DNA from: Dehalococcoidales bacterium
Lineage (GTDB): Bacteria; Chloroflexota; Dehalococcoidia; Dehalococcoidales; RBG-16-60-22
NCBI GenBank assembly: GCA_036787005.1
Contig: DAIQQC010000005.1
Span: forward strand, 1-36,227
DNA: 36,227 nt
Reading direction: 5' to 3'
The position numbers were made by a program, and so were the translations under genes. Position 1 is the stretch's first letter; the number at the start of each line of letters is the position of its first letter. This document shows positions 9,126-17,526 of this stretch, one piece after another. Under the pieces are notes generated by a model. That model did not search any database and was not told the DNA's origin. It worked only from the letters and a program-made list of their open reading frames with translations.

Positions 9126-11075
9126 TCATTTTTTCCTGTATACGCCGGCATAATCTTTATTACAGGCTTCATATTGGTTCTTCATATTGCCCCAGAAAGC
9201 CTGCGGCAGCGAGCCGGTCTTGACCTTACCCTCTTTTAGCGCCAGCGTGATGTATTTGTTCCACTCCGGCGGGTCCAACTCGGGGTAGTCTATTCTCCGG
9301 AAATTCAGCGGCAGGCTGCTGGCTTTACGCCCCAACATAGCCTGGATAATAATCTGGGCATACGTTAAAAGGCTGGTATCTTCCAGGCTGCGCATCAGCT
9401 TGTGCGGGTCCATGGCGAACAGCAGAGGGACCGATTCTTTTTCTATTTTCGACAGGACACCAAGACCCATTTTGAGAAGATTCTCAGTCTTGAATTCACT
9501 GACATAGAATTGCATGGCCCTCCCGATGCCGGCATGCAGCTCTTTCCATTCCATGCCGCTGGTGCGTTTAATCGGGGCGTAAACGCGTTTTTTCTCACGG
9601 TCGATCTGGGCGCGGGAAACCTTAGGTTCAGCGCACTCTCTGGCACAAGCCGCGGCTTTTCTTCCGGCATACCTGCCCGTGGATGCCGCGAAGCTGTGGT
9701 CTTCCGGCGAGAACATCTGGGTTCCGGCCGCATATAGTCCATCGAGAGTAGTTTTCAGGTTCCAATCGACCAGCACGCCGCCTCCGTAGCCGGGCTCGCC
9801 CCATTGCGGCGGGCTGTTGCCTTCGATGTATTTATAACTTTGCAGCAGGTCGCGGCTCTCGTCATAGCCCGCCTTGTTGAAAGTATCGATGATGATTTTC
9901 GTCGTCGATTCTTCTCCCAGCATCAAGTTCCAGGTGGCCCTTCGCTCGACGTCCGGCATGGCCGGGAAATCGCCGTAGAAAGGCAGCTCGTACTTGCCCG
10001 TTTGTATGCCCTTGCGGATTTCCTCCTCGACACTGATAGTAGGCATCATAGCCCCCGCGTCTTCCCATCCCTGTATCGGCAATGGCAGTCTTTTCCCCTT
10101 AGCATCGACGAGCGGGACGTTCTCATAGCTAGCGTCACCAGCCCCCGTATACCACTTATGTTTCAAGCCTGTGGCGATACGTAAGACCCCGGTATTTTCC
10201 ATGTTCGTCAGCGCTGCCCCGGCCCTCCAGGCCATGACGGTGCCGTCACCGGTAATCGTCCGGGACATCATGTTGGAATAGCCGCTAAGTTCAGTATTTA
10301 TTACCCACATCGACCCGCCCCCGGCAGTGGCCAGGACGGCCGATTTCGATTTGAAAATCATGAACTCGCCGGTGCGGTTATTTACACCGGTAGCCCCGAC
10401 GACCCTGCCTCCCTGGACTCCGTTCTCGGTCAGCAGGCTGGTCACCATCACCCGATCGTAAATTTTCACTCCCAGGCGCTTGCATTCCTTTTTTAGTGCC
10501 GGCTTAAAGGTCGACCCCCAAACCCGGATCACCACGTTGTTGAGTTTTCCCTCCGGATTACTCTTGAAAGTGGTCGGTTTTATCATCCCGGGCACATAGC
10601 TGTGTACCTTCGTATAGCGCGGGGATATCATCAGCTTGGTCTTATCATCCCGGCCTTCCGCGCCTTTGTATTCGTCTTTGGTATCCCTAATTTTACCGCC
10701 CATCTGCTCCATTTCCAGCAGGGTATCCCAGTCCTCGCGGCACTGTATTTGGACGCCGATGCCATTGCCGTACGGGCGGTTGGCCATATGTTGCGCCCAC
10801 TCGTCCGGATCGACGTTAGATAAAGGATTTGCGGGGGCATTACACCAGTGGTCACACCCCGGGCCCCCGGCACCGCTCCTGATAGTATCGCCCTTTTCCG
10901 CCAGGACGACCTTTAGTCCCTGCCGGGCGGCGCTGATGGCTGCCCAGCAGCCGGCAATGCCGCCCCCGATGACCAGTACGTCCGCATCGATTTCTTGTTC
11001 CTCATCGTAGCAGATAGGATACGCCCAAGCCGGTGCGTGGCCTTGTTCTATTAAGTAATCGTGCCATGTGCTCAT
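9126..11075 (-). CDS. FAD-dependent oxidoreductase of the AprA/fumarate-reductase flavoprotein type, substrate unknown
   Basis: 649 aa. Dinucleotide fold DVLVIGGGIAGCWAAISAARQG...LAEK; later GLYAAG FAD motif and C-terminal helical capping domain; AAGGAGAA RBS. Family call by layout only. Confidence 0.75.
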   Translation of the reverse strand: MSTWHDYLIEQGHAPAWAYPICYDEEQEIDADVLVIGGGIAGCWAAISAARQGLKVVLAEKGDTIRSGAGGPGCDHWCNAPANPLSNVDPDEWAQHMANRPYGNGIGVQIQCREDWDTLLEMEQMGGKIRDTKDEYKGAEGRDDKTKLMISPRYTKVHSYVPGMIKPTTFKSNPEGKLNNVVIRVWGSTFKPALKKECKRLGVKIYDRVMVTSLLTENGVQGGRVVGATGVNNRTGEFMIFKSKSAVLATAGGGSMWVINTELSGYSNMMSRTITGDGTVMAWRAGAALTNMENTGVLRIATGLKHKWYTGAGDASYENVPLVDAKGKRLPLPIQGWEDAGAMMPTISVEEEIRKGIQTGKYELPFYGDFPAMPDVERRATWNLMLGEESTTKIIIDTFNKAGYDESRDLLQSYKYIEGNSPPQWGEPGYGGGVLVDWNLKTTLDGLYAAGTQMFSPEDHSFAASTGRYAGRKAAACARECAEPKVSRAQIDREKKRVYAPIKRTSGMEWKELHAGIGRAMQFYVSEFKTENLLKMGLGVLSKIEKESVPLLFAMDPHKLMRSLEDTSLLTYAQIIIQAMLGRKASSLPLNFRRIDYPELDPPEWNKYITLALKEGKVKTGSLPQAFWGNMKNQYEACNKDYAGVYRKK

Positions 11076-11146
11076 CTTTTCGTTCTCCTTCCGATAATTT
11101 CAGTAATAAAATGGATCTAAGGGAAATTACCATTTTCCTAAAATAA

Positions 11147-12043
11147 CTAGATTAGACCCCTTAATCTTGGGTCAAGCGCGTCCCGAAGGCCATCACCGAC
11201 GACATTAAAAGCAAACACAACCAGCATGATCGCCAATCCCGGAGCAAATGACAACATGGGATTAGTGAGCAGGTAACTACGGCCATCATTGATCATCGAT
11301 CCCCAGGCGGCGCCGGGCGGCGCGATACCTATGCCAAGGAAGCTTAAACCCGCTTCTGCCAGAATAAGGTTACCTAATTGCATCGTCACGATAACAATTA
11401 ACGGAGGAAATGCATTGGGGAGGATATGCGCCAACATAATACGCCAGTCACTCGAACCCAAAGATTTCTGAGCCAGGATGTAATCATATTCCCGGATACT
11501 TAAAGTTACTCCATTTGTTACGCGCGCATAACCCGGTATGGTGGCAATGCTTAAAGCGATGATTACGTTTCGGATACCATTACCGAGCAGGGCAGAAATC
11601 ACGAGCGATAGTATCAGCATCGGGAAGCACATCAAAGCATCCATTGACCGCATGATTAAAGCGCTGAGAAAGCCCCTGGTATAACCTGCGATAATACCCA
11701 ACAGGATACCTATTATTGCCCCGACCGCGACCGAGATAAAACCTACCTCAATCGCCGTCCGTGAGCCATAGATCACACGGCTAAATGTGTCACGCCCTAA
11801 CAAGTCACAGCCTAGCCAGTGTTTGGCGCTGGGTTGGGCCAGAGAATCCGCGCCGACAGGTGTATAAGGATCATACGGCGCTAATTGAGGAGCAAATATA
11901 GCGGTGAAAAAGAATATTAAAAGCACTACCAGGCCTACCACAACGGCAGCCTTGGCAAAGAACACGCGTCTGAACCGTTTCCATTCGCTAACGCGCCCAT
12001 TGCTTTCGGGTAAATCTAACACATCAATCGTTTGCAGTGCCAT
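11147..12043 (-). CDS. ABC transporter permease (DppC/OppC-like)
   Basis: 298 aa, about 6 TM; SLGSSDWRIMLAHILPNAFPPL loop typical of peptide/nickel-type permeases. Confidence 0.9.
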   Translation of the reverse strand: MALQTIDVLDLPESNGRVSEWKRFRRVFFAKAAVVVGLVVLLIFFFTAIFAPQLAPYDPYTPVGADSLAQPSAKHWLGCDLLGRDTFSRVIYGSRTAIEVGFISVAVGAIIGILLGIIAGYTRGFLSALIMRSMDALMCFPMLILSLVISALLGNGIRNVIIALSIATIPGYARVTNGVTLSIREYDYILAQKSLGSSDWRIMLAHILPNAFPPLIVIVTMQLGNLILAEAGLSFLGIGIAPPGAAWGSMINDGRSYLLTNPMLSFAPGLAIMLVVFAFNVVGDGLRDALDPRLRGLI

Positions 12044-12051
12044 ATATATCT

Positions 12052-13011
12052 CTAACCATACTTGATTCTTGGGTCAAACCATACATAGGATATATCAACG
12101 AGGAGGTTTATCAAAAGAATAGCGACGGAAATAACAAGAGTAATTCCCTGCACTACTACGTAATCCTGGCCAAAAATACTACTCACCATCAAACGGCCGA
12201 CCCCTGGAATCGCAAAAATCGTTTCGATGAGTACCGAACCGCCGAATATCATCCCGACACCCATGCCTACCAGCGTGATAACCGGAATCAGGCTGTTTTT
12301 TAGTGCATGTTTGAGAATGATTACTCGTTCGCTTAAACCTTTGGACCAGGCAGTCCGAATATAATCCTGGCTGATGGTTTCCAGCATACTCGATCGCATT
12401 TGACGGGCATTGGCCGCTATAGCAAAAAGTGATGAGCAGATTACCGGCATAACTAATTGCCTTGTACTTAGTACAAAATCAGTAAAAGGTGATGTATAAC
12501 CTGAAATTGGCAACCAGTGAAGCTTTAACCCGAAAAGGAATATCAATAAGATGCCCAGCCAGAATACGGGGATGGTTATGCCAATGTAAGTCAGCGGTGT
12601 GACTATTCTATCCGGCCATTTTCCTTTTCTTATACCCGCCCAGAGTCCGATGAGAATGCCTAATATTGACCCGAATACGAGCGAAACAAAACCAATATAG
12701 ATCGTCTTGGGTAATCTTTCAGCTAAAAGCTTGCTTACATCTTCATGATAGTAAATGGATTGACCAAAATTTCCACGTAACACACCGCCAATCCACTTAA
12801 AATACTGAACTGCCAGGTTATCGTCCAGGCCGTATTGATGGCGGAGAGCCTCAATCTGTTCCGGCGGCATAGCCTGCACGGAAGACTGTTGTCCTACATA
12901 AATCAAAATCGGGTCTCCCGGCAGCAGTCGCATTACGAAAAATACGATCCAGGTAACGATAAACAAGACTATTATGGCCTGTATAATTCTGCGTACAATG
13001 TATGTCGTCAC
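12052..13011 (-). CDS. ABC transporter permease (DppB/OppB-like)
   Basis: 319 aa. Typical start MTTYIVRRIIQAIIVLFIV...LLPGDP; AWSKGLSERVIILKHALKNSLIP EAA-type loop. Confidence 0.9.
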   Translation of the reverse strand: MTTYIVRRIIQAIIVLFIVTWIVFFVMRLLPGDPILIYVGQQSSVQAMPPEQIEALRHQYGLDDNLAVQYFKWIGGVLRGNFGQSIYYHEDVSKLLAERLPKTIYIGFVSLVFGSILGILIGLWAGIRKGKWPDRIVTPLTYIGITIPVFWLGILLIFLFGLKLHWLPISGYTSPFTDFVLSTRQLVMPVICSSLFAIAANARQMRSSMLETISQDYIRTAWSKGLSERVIILKHALKNSLIPVITLVGMGVGMIFGGSVLIETIFAIPGVGRLMVSSIFGQDYVVVQGITLVISVAILLINLLVDISYVWFDPRIKYG

Positions 13012-13098
13012 GCCTTTTTACCTTAGCAGGATCTGGAATATTACCATTTTTGAACCGGCTACTCCAGCACGTTGCTGCACATGGTGATGCGTTGTTTT

Positions 13099-13148
13099 CC
13101 GGCCGGATGGCTCAATAGCGCCAAATCACCGGAGGGCCATCCGGCCGG
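13099..13148 (-). promoter_or_regulatory. intercistronic 13-bp perfect hairpin between the SBP and permease genes
   Basis: ccggccggatggc (13099..13111) / gccatccggccgg (13136..13148), 24-nt loop, no U-tract on the transcribed (minus) strand. Likely an mRNA-stabilising or processing element rather than a terminator. Confidence 0.5.
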
Positions 13149-13169
13149 TATTATCTATAACGTCAGAGC

Positions 13170-14822
13170 CTAATGCTCATCCATCCAGTCGTCTGCAGGG
13201 CTCCAAATGATGCCGTGAATCTTGGGATATTCGGTATGGACATAGGTTTGCATAACCGCGGCTTCAGCGGATCTCCACAACGGGATATACAAGCAATCTT
13301 CGCCCGCCTGTCTGACGGCTGCCGATATCTTGGACATAGCCTCAGCGGCGCTATCATACTGCGGTGAGATTGCTTCATTACAAAGATTCAGGAAAGCCTC
13401 GGACTTATACATATTGGTAGTGCGGAAGGTCATTGGATTCGGGCCGTAGTGAACGAACAAGTCAGAAGCGTCCGGGTTGATGCCGGAAGCGGTGATACAA
13501 AGATCATCCCAGCCGGCGCCTCCGCCGAATAACGTGCCGAAGTAACGCCCGAGGTCGGCAATATCCGGCTCAACGGTGATACCAGCAAGACCCAGATAGT
13601 GTACGAACAGGGCCATGACATCGTTTGTATTTCCCATAGATCCCGCCAGGATCTTCAACGTTAAACCCTCAGGGAACCCGGCTTCATCCAGGAGCCGTAT
13701 GGCTTCGTCAGTATTAAAAGGCCGCGGATCATAACCCGGTACATAGCCCGGCCATGTCTGGGAAGCCATCTGAGTGAGAGGCTCATAAAGGCCTTGACCC
13801 AATGTCTGTGCCATGGTCGTTCTGTCAAGGGCATACTCAATCGCTTCGCGGACTTTTATATTGCTTAGCGGGCTATCCGGATTGTTAGAGCTTAGGAGAA
13901 GGACGTTGAACATACCGGGGCCCCAGTTGATCTTAAACCCCTGTGCCTGAAGGTTCTTGATGTCCTGAACGGAATTGGTATCGTTCCAGAGATCCGCCTC
14001 GCCGGCCTGTATCGAGGCGGAGGCAACCGTAGGATCAGTTATCATGCGCATGATTATTCCATCCAGGTACGGTTTACCCGGCTGCCAGTAGTTGGGGTTC
14101 TTCACAAAGGTAATATGGTCATCTCTTACCCATTCACTTACCGTAAAAGGACCGGTACCTACGGCATTTTCACGCGCCCATGCTTTACTCGTTTCATTAT
14201 CGCTGCCTGACGGAATCGTGCCGCCGGCAGTCAGATAGGATGTTGGGGAAATACATTGCGTTAACCCTAAGTTTTGTACCGTCTGCCAGTCAAATGACGT
14301 CATATGCATAACGAGGGTATTTTCGTCTTTGACTTCGAGAGACGCAATAAGATTGGTACCCGTGCCAGACCTATTGTCTATAGCCAGTTGTACGTTCCAG
14401 CGGACCGCTTCGGCGTTAAACGGTGTGCCGTCACTAAATTCAACGCCTTCCCGCAAATGCCAGGTAATAGTATTGGCGGTGTGGTCAGTCTCCCAGGATA
14501 AAGCCAAAACCGGTACCAGGTTGCCGCCGTCAGATCCCCATTCGCAAAGATGTTCTAGGACCGGCAGCATGTAATAGGAATCAGAAGGAGCTTTTTCCGG
14601 CCCATAGCCAAGATTGTTCGGGATAGCACCGCTGACTATTCTTAGAGTACCGCCAGATACTATCGTAGATGTGGGCGTTGGCGTTGGTGATGTAGTTGGT
14701 GTAGGTGATGTAGTTGGTGTAGGTGATGATGTTGGAGTCGTCGTGGCTTTGCCGCAGCCGGCAAGAACCATGACACTGGTGAGAACGAGTGAGAGGATTA
14801 GGTATAAAATACGTTTCTTCAC
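13170..14822 (-). CDS. ABC transporter substrate-binding lipoprotein, family 5 (peptide/nickel/opine type)
   Basis: 550 aa. GTG start with GGGGAGG upstream; lipoprotein signal ...VLAGC; Thr/Pro linker TTTPTSSPTPTTSPTPTTSPTPTPTST; size and layout of SBP_bac_5. Confidence 0.9.
   Translation of the reverse strand: MKKRILYLILSLVLTSVMVLAGCGKATTTPTSSPTPTTSPTPTTSPTPTPTSTIVSGGTLRIVSGAIPNNLGYGPEKAPSDSYYMLPVLEHLCEWGSDGGNLVPVLALSWETDHTANTITWHLREGVEFSDGTPFNAEAVRWNVQLAIDNRSGTGTNLIASLEVKDENTLVMHMTSFDWQTVQNLGLTQCISPTSYLTAGGTIPSGSDNETSKAWARENAVGTGPFTVSEWVRDDHITFVKNPNYWQPGKPYLDGIIMRMITDPTVASASIQAGEADLWNDTNSVQDIKNLQAQGFKINWGPGMFNVLLLSSNNPDSPLSNIKVREAIEYALDRTTMAQTLGQGLYEPLTQMASQTWPGYVPGYDPRPFNTDEAIRLLDEAGFPEGLTLKILAGSMGNTNDVMALFVHYLGLAGITVEPDIADLGRYFGTLFGGGAGWDDLCITASGINPDASDLFVHYGPNPMTFRTTNMYKSEAFLNLCNEAISPQYDSAAEAMSKISAAVRQAGEDCLYIPLWRSAEAAVMQTYVHTEYPKIHGIIWSPADDWMDEH
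14671..14736. repeat. in-frame tandem repeat encoding the (S/T)PTPTT linker of the SBP
   Basis: 18-nt unit ggtgatgtagttggtgta at 14686..14703 and 14704..14721, a partial third copy to 14736, preceded by ggcgtt x2. Confidence 0.8.
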
Positions 14823-14942
14823 TTTAACAAATACCTCCCCTTATAATAACCAATGTGCCCTCGGGAACAGAAATATTCATGTCATTATGCTACCTCCTTA
14901 CTTCTTTTAGGGCGGTTGTTGCTACTCCGTAAAATATGTTAT

Positions 14943-15054
14943 ATTGCGTTGATTGCAGGGATTGACCCTGTTTTGGCTTAGACACATTATATCACGAGCT
15001 GTCAATAGAAGTTAGTTTTTATAGTACAAGATTGCAACTATTGAGATAATTAGT
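14943..15054. promoter_or_regulatory. two triplets of 9-nt-phased ATTG-type direct repeats in the divergent promoter region
   Basis: ATTGCG 14943, ATTGCA 14952, ATTGAC 14961; then ATTGCA 15031, ATTGAG 15040, ATTAGT 15049. Also GTCAAT (15001..15006) inverted relative to ATTGAC at 14961. Confidence 0.3.
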
Positions 15055-15078
15055 ATCCGTTTGCAGGAGACACCTATT

Positions 15079-16404
15079 ATGAAAAAAGAATGGACCAAGA
15101 TGAATCCTGATGAAAAACGCGCCGAGAGATTTGAGCGCTGGTTATCGCCGGAGAATGTTAAATTTGTTGGTAAGAACGCGGAGACAGATTATAAAAAACG
15201 TGTTACCAGGCTTATCAAGGCGATTAACTGTGAGATACCTGACCAGGTACCGTTATTACTGCCTTCCTTTCCGCTCTATTATGCCGGCATGACGCTTAAA
15301 GAAGCGATGCATGATAATAAAAGAGCCTGCGCCGCTTACCGTAAATTTTTCAAAGCCTTCCCGGAAAGTGATACTTTTTCCGGCGGCGGCGCAATGTCTG
15401 CCAGAGGGTCTGAGATCCTTGACAGCCGGACTATGCGCTGGCCGGGTCATGGTCTACCGGATGACGCCAGCCTGCCAAACTTCGTGGAAGGTGAATACAT
15501 GAAGGCAGATGAGTATGATTTACTGATCAACGACCCCGGCGACTGGTGTTTCCGCTATTATTTACCGCGTTCGCTGGGGGCACTAAAGCCTTTTGCACGT
15601 TTTGCGCCGCTTTCACATATGATGGGAATGGCCAACCGGTTTGTGGCGCCGGCTGTCAACCCGGACGTACGCGCGGCTTTCCAGGCAATAATAGATTATG
15701 GTATCGAGGAAGAAAACTGGAATAAACCCTTCATGGAGTTCGCCCGGGAAGGTCTGGAAGCGGGTTATCCGTCTTTCTGGGGAGGGCAATCCCATGCGCC
15801 GTTCGATATCCTGGCGGACACGTTAAGAGGAACCAGGGGAATTATGATGGACATGTTCCGTCAACCGGAAAAAATACTGGAAGCAATAGAGATGCTGACC
15901 CCGATGAATATCAATGTAGGTGTACAAATGGCTAATGCCTCGCGTAGCCCGATTGTTTTTTTTGCCCTTCATAAAGGGGACGATGTTTTTATGTCCGATA
16001 CGCAATTCCAGAAATTTTACTGGCCGTCCTTAAAGAAGGTGGTACTTGGCTTGATCCAAGAAGGCTGTGTGCCATGTCTCTTTGCCGAGGGTAAATATAG
16101 TAATCGCCTCGACCTTGTCACTGACTTGCCGAAAGGGAAAGTTTATTGGCACTTCGACCAGACTGATATGGGAAAGGCAAAGAGATTACTCGGCGGCAAG
16201 GCCTGCATCGCCGGTAATGTCCCATCTTCACTATTGATAACTGGTACGCCTAAAGAGGTGAAAGCCTATTGCCGGCACCTTATCGAGGTTTGCGGTGTTG
16301 GCGGCGGTTACGTCCTTACTTCCGGCGCAGGTATCGATAAAGGCAACCCGGATAACCTGCGTGCCATGATAGAAGCCGTTAAGGAATACGGAGTTTATAA
16401 GTAG
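15079..16404 (+). CDS. uroporphyrinogen-decarboxylase (URO-D) family protein, function unknown (decarboxylase or MtaA-like methyltransferase fold)
   Basis: ORF 15061..16404. ATG 15079 lies 8 nt after AGGAGA. TIM-barrel URO-D-like C-terminal half (...FDILADTLRGTRGIMMDMFRQPEKILEAIEML..., ...NLRAMIEAVKEYG). Family call from memory of the fold signature only. Confidence 0.65.
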   Translation: MKKEWTKMNPDEKRAERFERWLSPENVKFVGKNAETDYKKRVTRLIKAINCEIPDQVPLLLPSFPLYYAGMTLKEAMHDNKRACAAYRKFFKAFPESDTFSGGGAMSARGSEILDSRTMRWPGHGLPDDASLPNFVEGEYMKADEYDLLINDPGDWCFRYYLPRSLGALKPFARFAPLSHMMGMANRFVAPAVNPDVRAAFQAIIDYGIEEENWNKPFMEFAREGLEAGYPSFWGGQSHAPFDILADTLRGTRGIMMDMFRQPEKILEAIEMLTPMNINVGVQMANASRSPIVFFALHKGDDVFMSDTQFQKFYWPSLKKVVLGLIQEGCVPCLFAEGKYSNRLDLVTDLPKGKVYWHFDQTDMGKAKRLLGGKACIAGNVPSSLLITGTPKEVKAYCRHLIEVCGVGGGYVLTSGAGIDKGNPDNLRAMIEAVKEYGVYK

Positions 16405-16536
16405 AAGCCAGCTGCTCAACGTCCCATAGTTGCAGGCGGAGGTGAACTATATTATCATGTCACCTAGCATAACGGATGATTCTCGTGATACTCTCAAACA
16501 AAATCTCCGGGGCATTAATCAGGACAAGGATTTAAC

Positions 16537-17526
16537 ATGGCGGAGTTATTAAGGGTCAACAATCTGGTAACCCAGTTTAAGACCGATAACGGAGTGGTTA
16601 AAGCTGTTAACGGTATCTCCTACTACATTGATGAGCAGGAAATCTTCGGCCTCGTTGGTGAAAGCGGTTGCGGTAAGTCCGTGAGTCAACTCTCCGTCAT
16701 GCAGCTTATTAACGCCCCGGGTGAGATTATCGGCGGCGAGGTGATCTTCGAGGGGCAAAACCTCTTGAAATATCCGGCGCACAGCCGTGAGATGCGCTCT
16801 ATCCGCGGCGCCAAAATAGGCATGATTTTCCAGGAGCCCATGACCTCTCTCAATCCCGTCCTCACTATTTCCCACCAGCTGACCGAAATGCTTATCCTGC
16901 ATTTGAAAATGAACCAGGATGCCGCCCGCAAAAGGGCTATCGAGCTCATGGGTCTGGTGGGTATCCCCGCCCCCGAAAAGCGCATCGATGACTACCCCCA
17001 TAATTTCTCCGGCGGTATGCGCCAGCGTGTCATGATCGCCATGGCGCTTTCCTGTAACCCCCGCATCCTCATCGCCGACGAGCCTACCACCGCCCTCGAT
17101 GTCACCACCCAGGCGCAACTCCTGGAATTGATGAAGGATATGGTACAGCGCTTCCGCGCTTCTCTGGTTATCGTCACCCATAACCTCGGCGTTGTTGCCC
17201 GCTACGCTCAGCGCATTTACATCATGTATGCCGGTAGAATCGTCGAGTCCGGCACGACCAAGGACATATTCAGTAACCCGCGTCACCCTTATACCATCGG
17301 CCTCCTCAAATGTATCCCCAGACTCGACGAAGAGGAGGGAAGAAAGCTCATCCCCATCGATGGGCTGCCCCCCAACCTCATCAATATGCGGCCCACCTGC
17401 GCTTTCCTGCCCCGCTGCTCCTGGCGAATTGATAAATGCTTCAAAGAACCCTGGCCTGAGCTCATCGCTGTTAATGGCAACCACTTTATCCGGTGTTACG
17501 CCGATACCAAGGAGATGAGGCCGTGA
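16537..17526 (+). CDS. ABC transporter ATP-binding protein (OppD/DppD-like)
   Basis: Walker A GESGCGKS, signature FSGGMRQR, Walker B ILIADEPTTALD, C-terminal oligopeptide-type extension with Cys residues. Confidence 0.9.
   Translation: MAELLRVNNLVTQFKTDNGVVKAVNGISYYIDEQEIFGLVGESGCGKSVSQLSVMQLINAPGEIIGGEVIFEGQNLLKYPAHSREMRSIRGAKIGMIFQEPMTSLNPVLTISHQLTEMLILHLKMNQDAARKRAIELMGLVGIPAPEKRIDDYPHNFSGGMRQRVMIAMALSCNPRILIADEPTTALDVTTQAQLLELMKDMVQRFRASLVIVTHNLGVVARYAQRIYIMYAGRIVESGTTKDIFSNPRHPYTIGLLKCIPRLDEEEGRKLIPIDGLPPNLINMRPTCAFLPRCSWRIDKCFKEPWPELIAVNGNHFIRCYADTKEMRP

Noticed and set aside
14686-14736. 18-nt tandem repeats (considered as a CRISPR-like or VNTR element)
   Set aside because: The copies are contiguous without spacers, in frame, and encode the Thr/Pro linker of the SBP lipoprotein. 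The 98-aa + strand ORF 14614..14910 (VGVGDVVGVGD...) is its antisense artefact.
16457-16552. 31-codon small ORF between the URO-D gene and the first ATPase gene
   Set aside because: The GGAGGTG lies 12 nt from the ATG (poor spacing). The ORF overlaps the ATPase start out of frame and has no recognisable features. It cannot be supported from sequence alone.
16549-17484. 311-aa ORF on the - strand
   Set aside because: It is antisense to the OppD-like ATPase, whose Walker motifs make the + frame unambiguous. It is low-complexity and Gly/Asp/Ala-rich.
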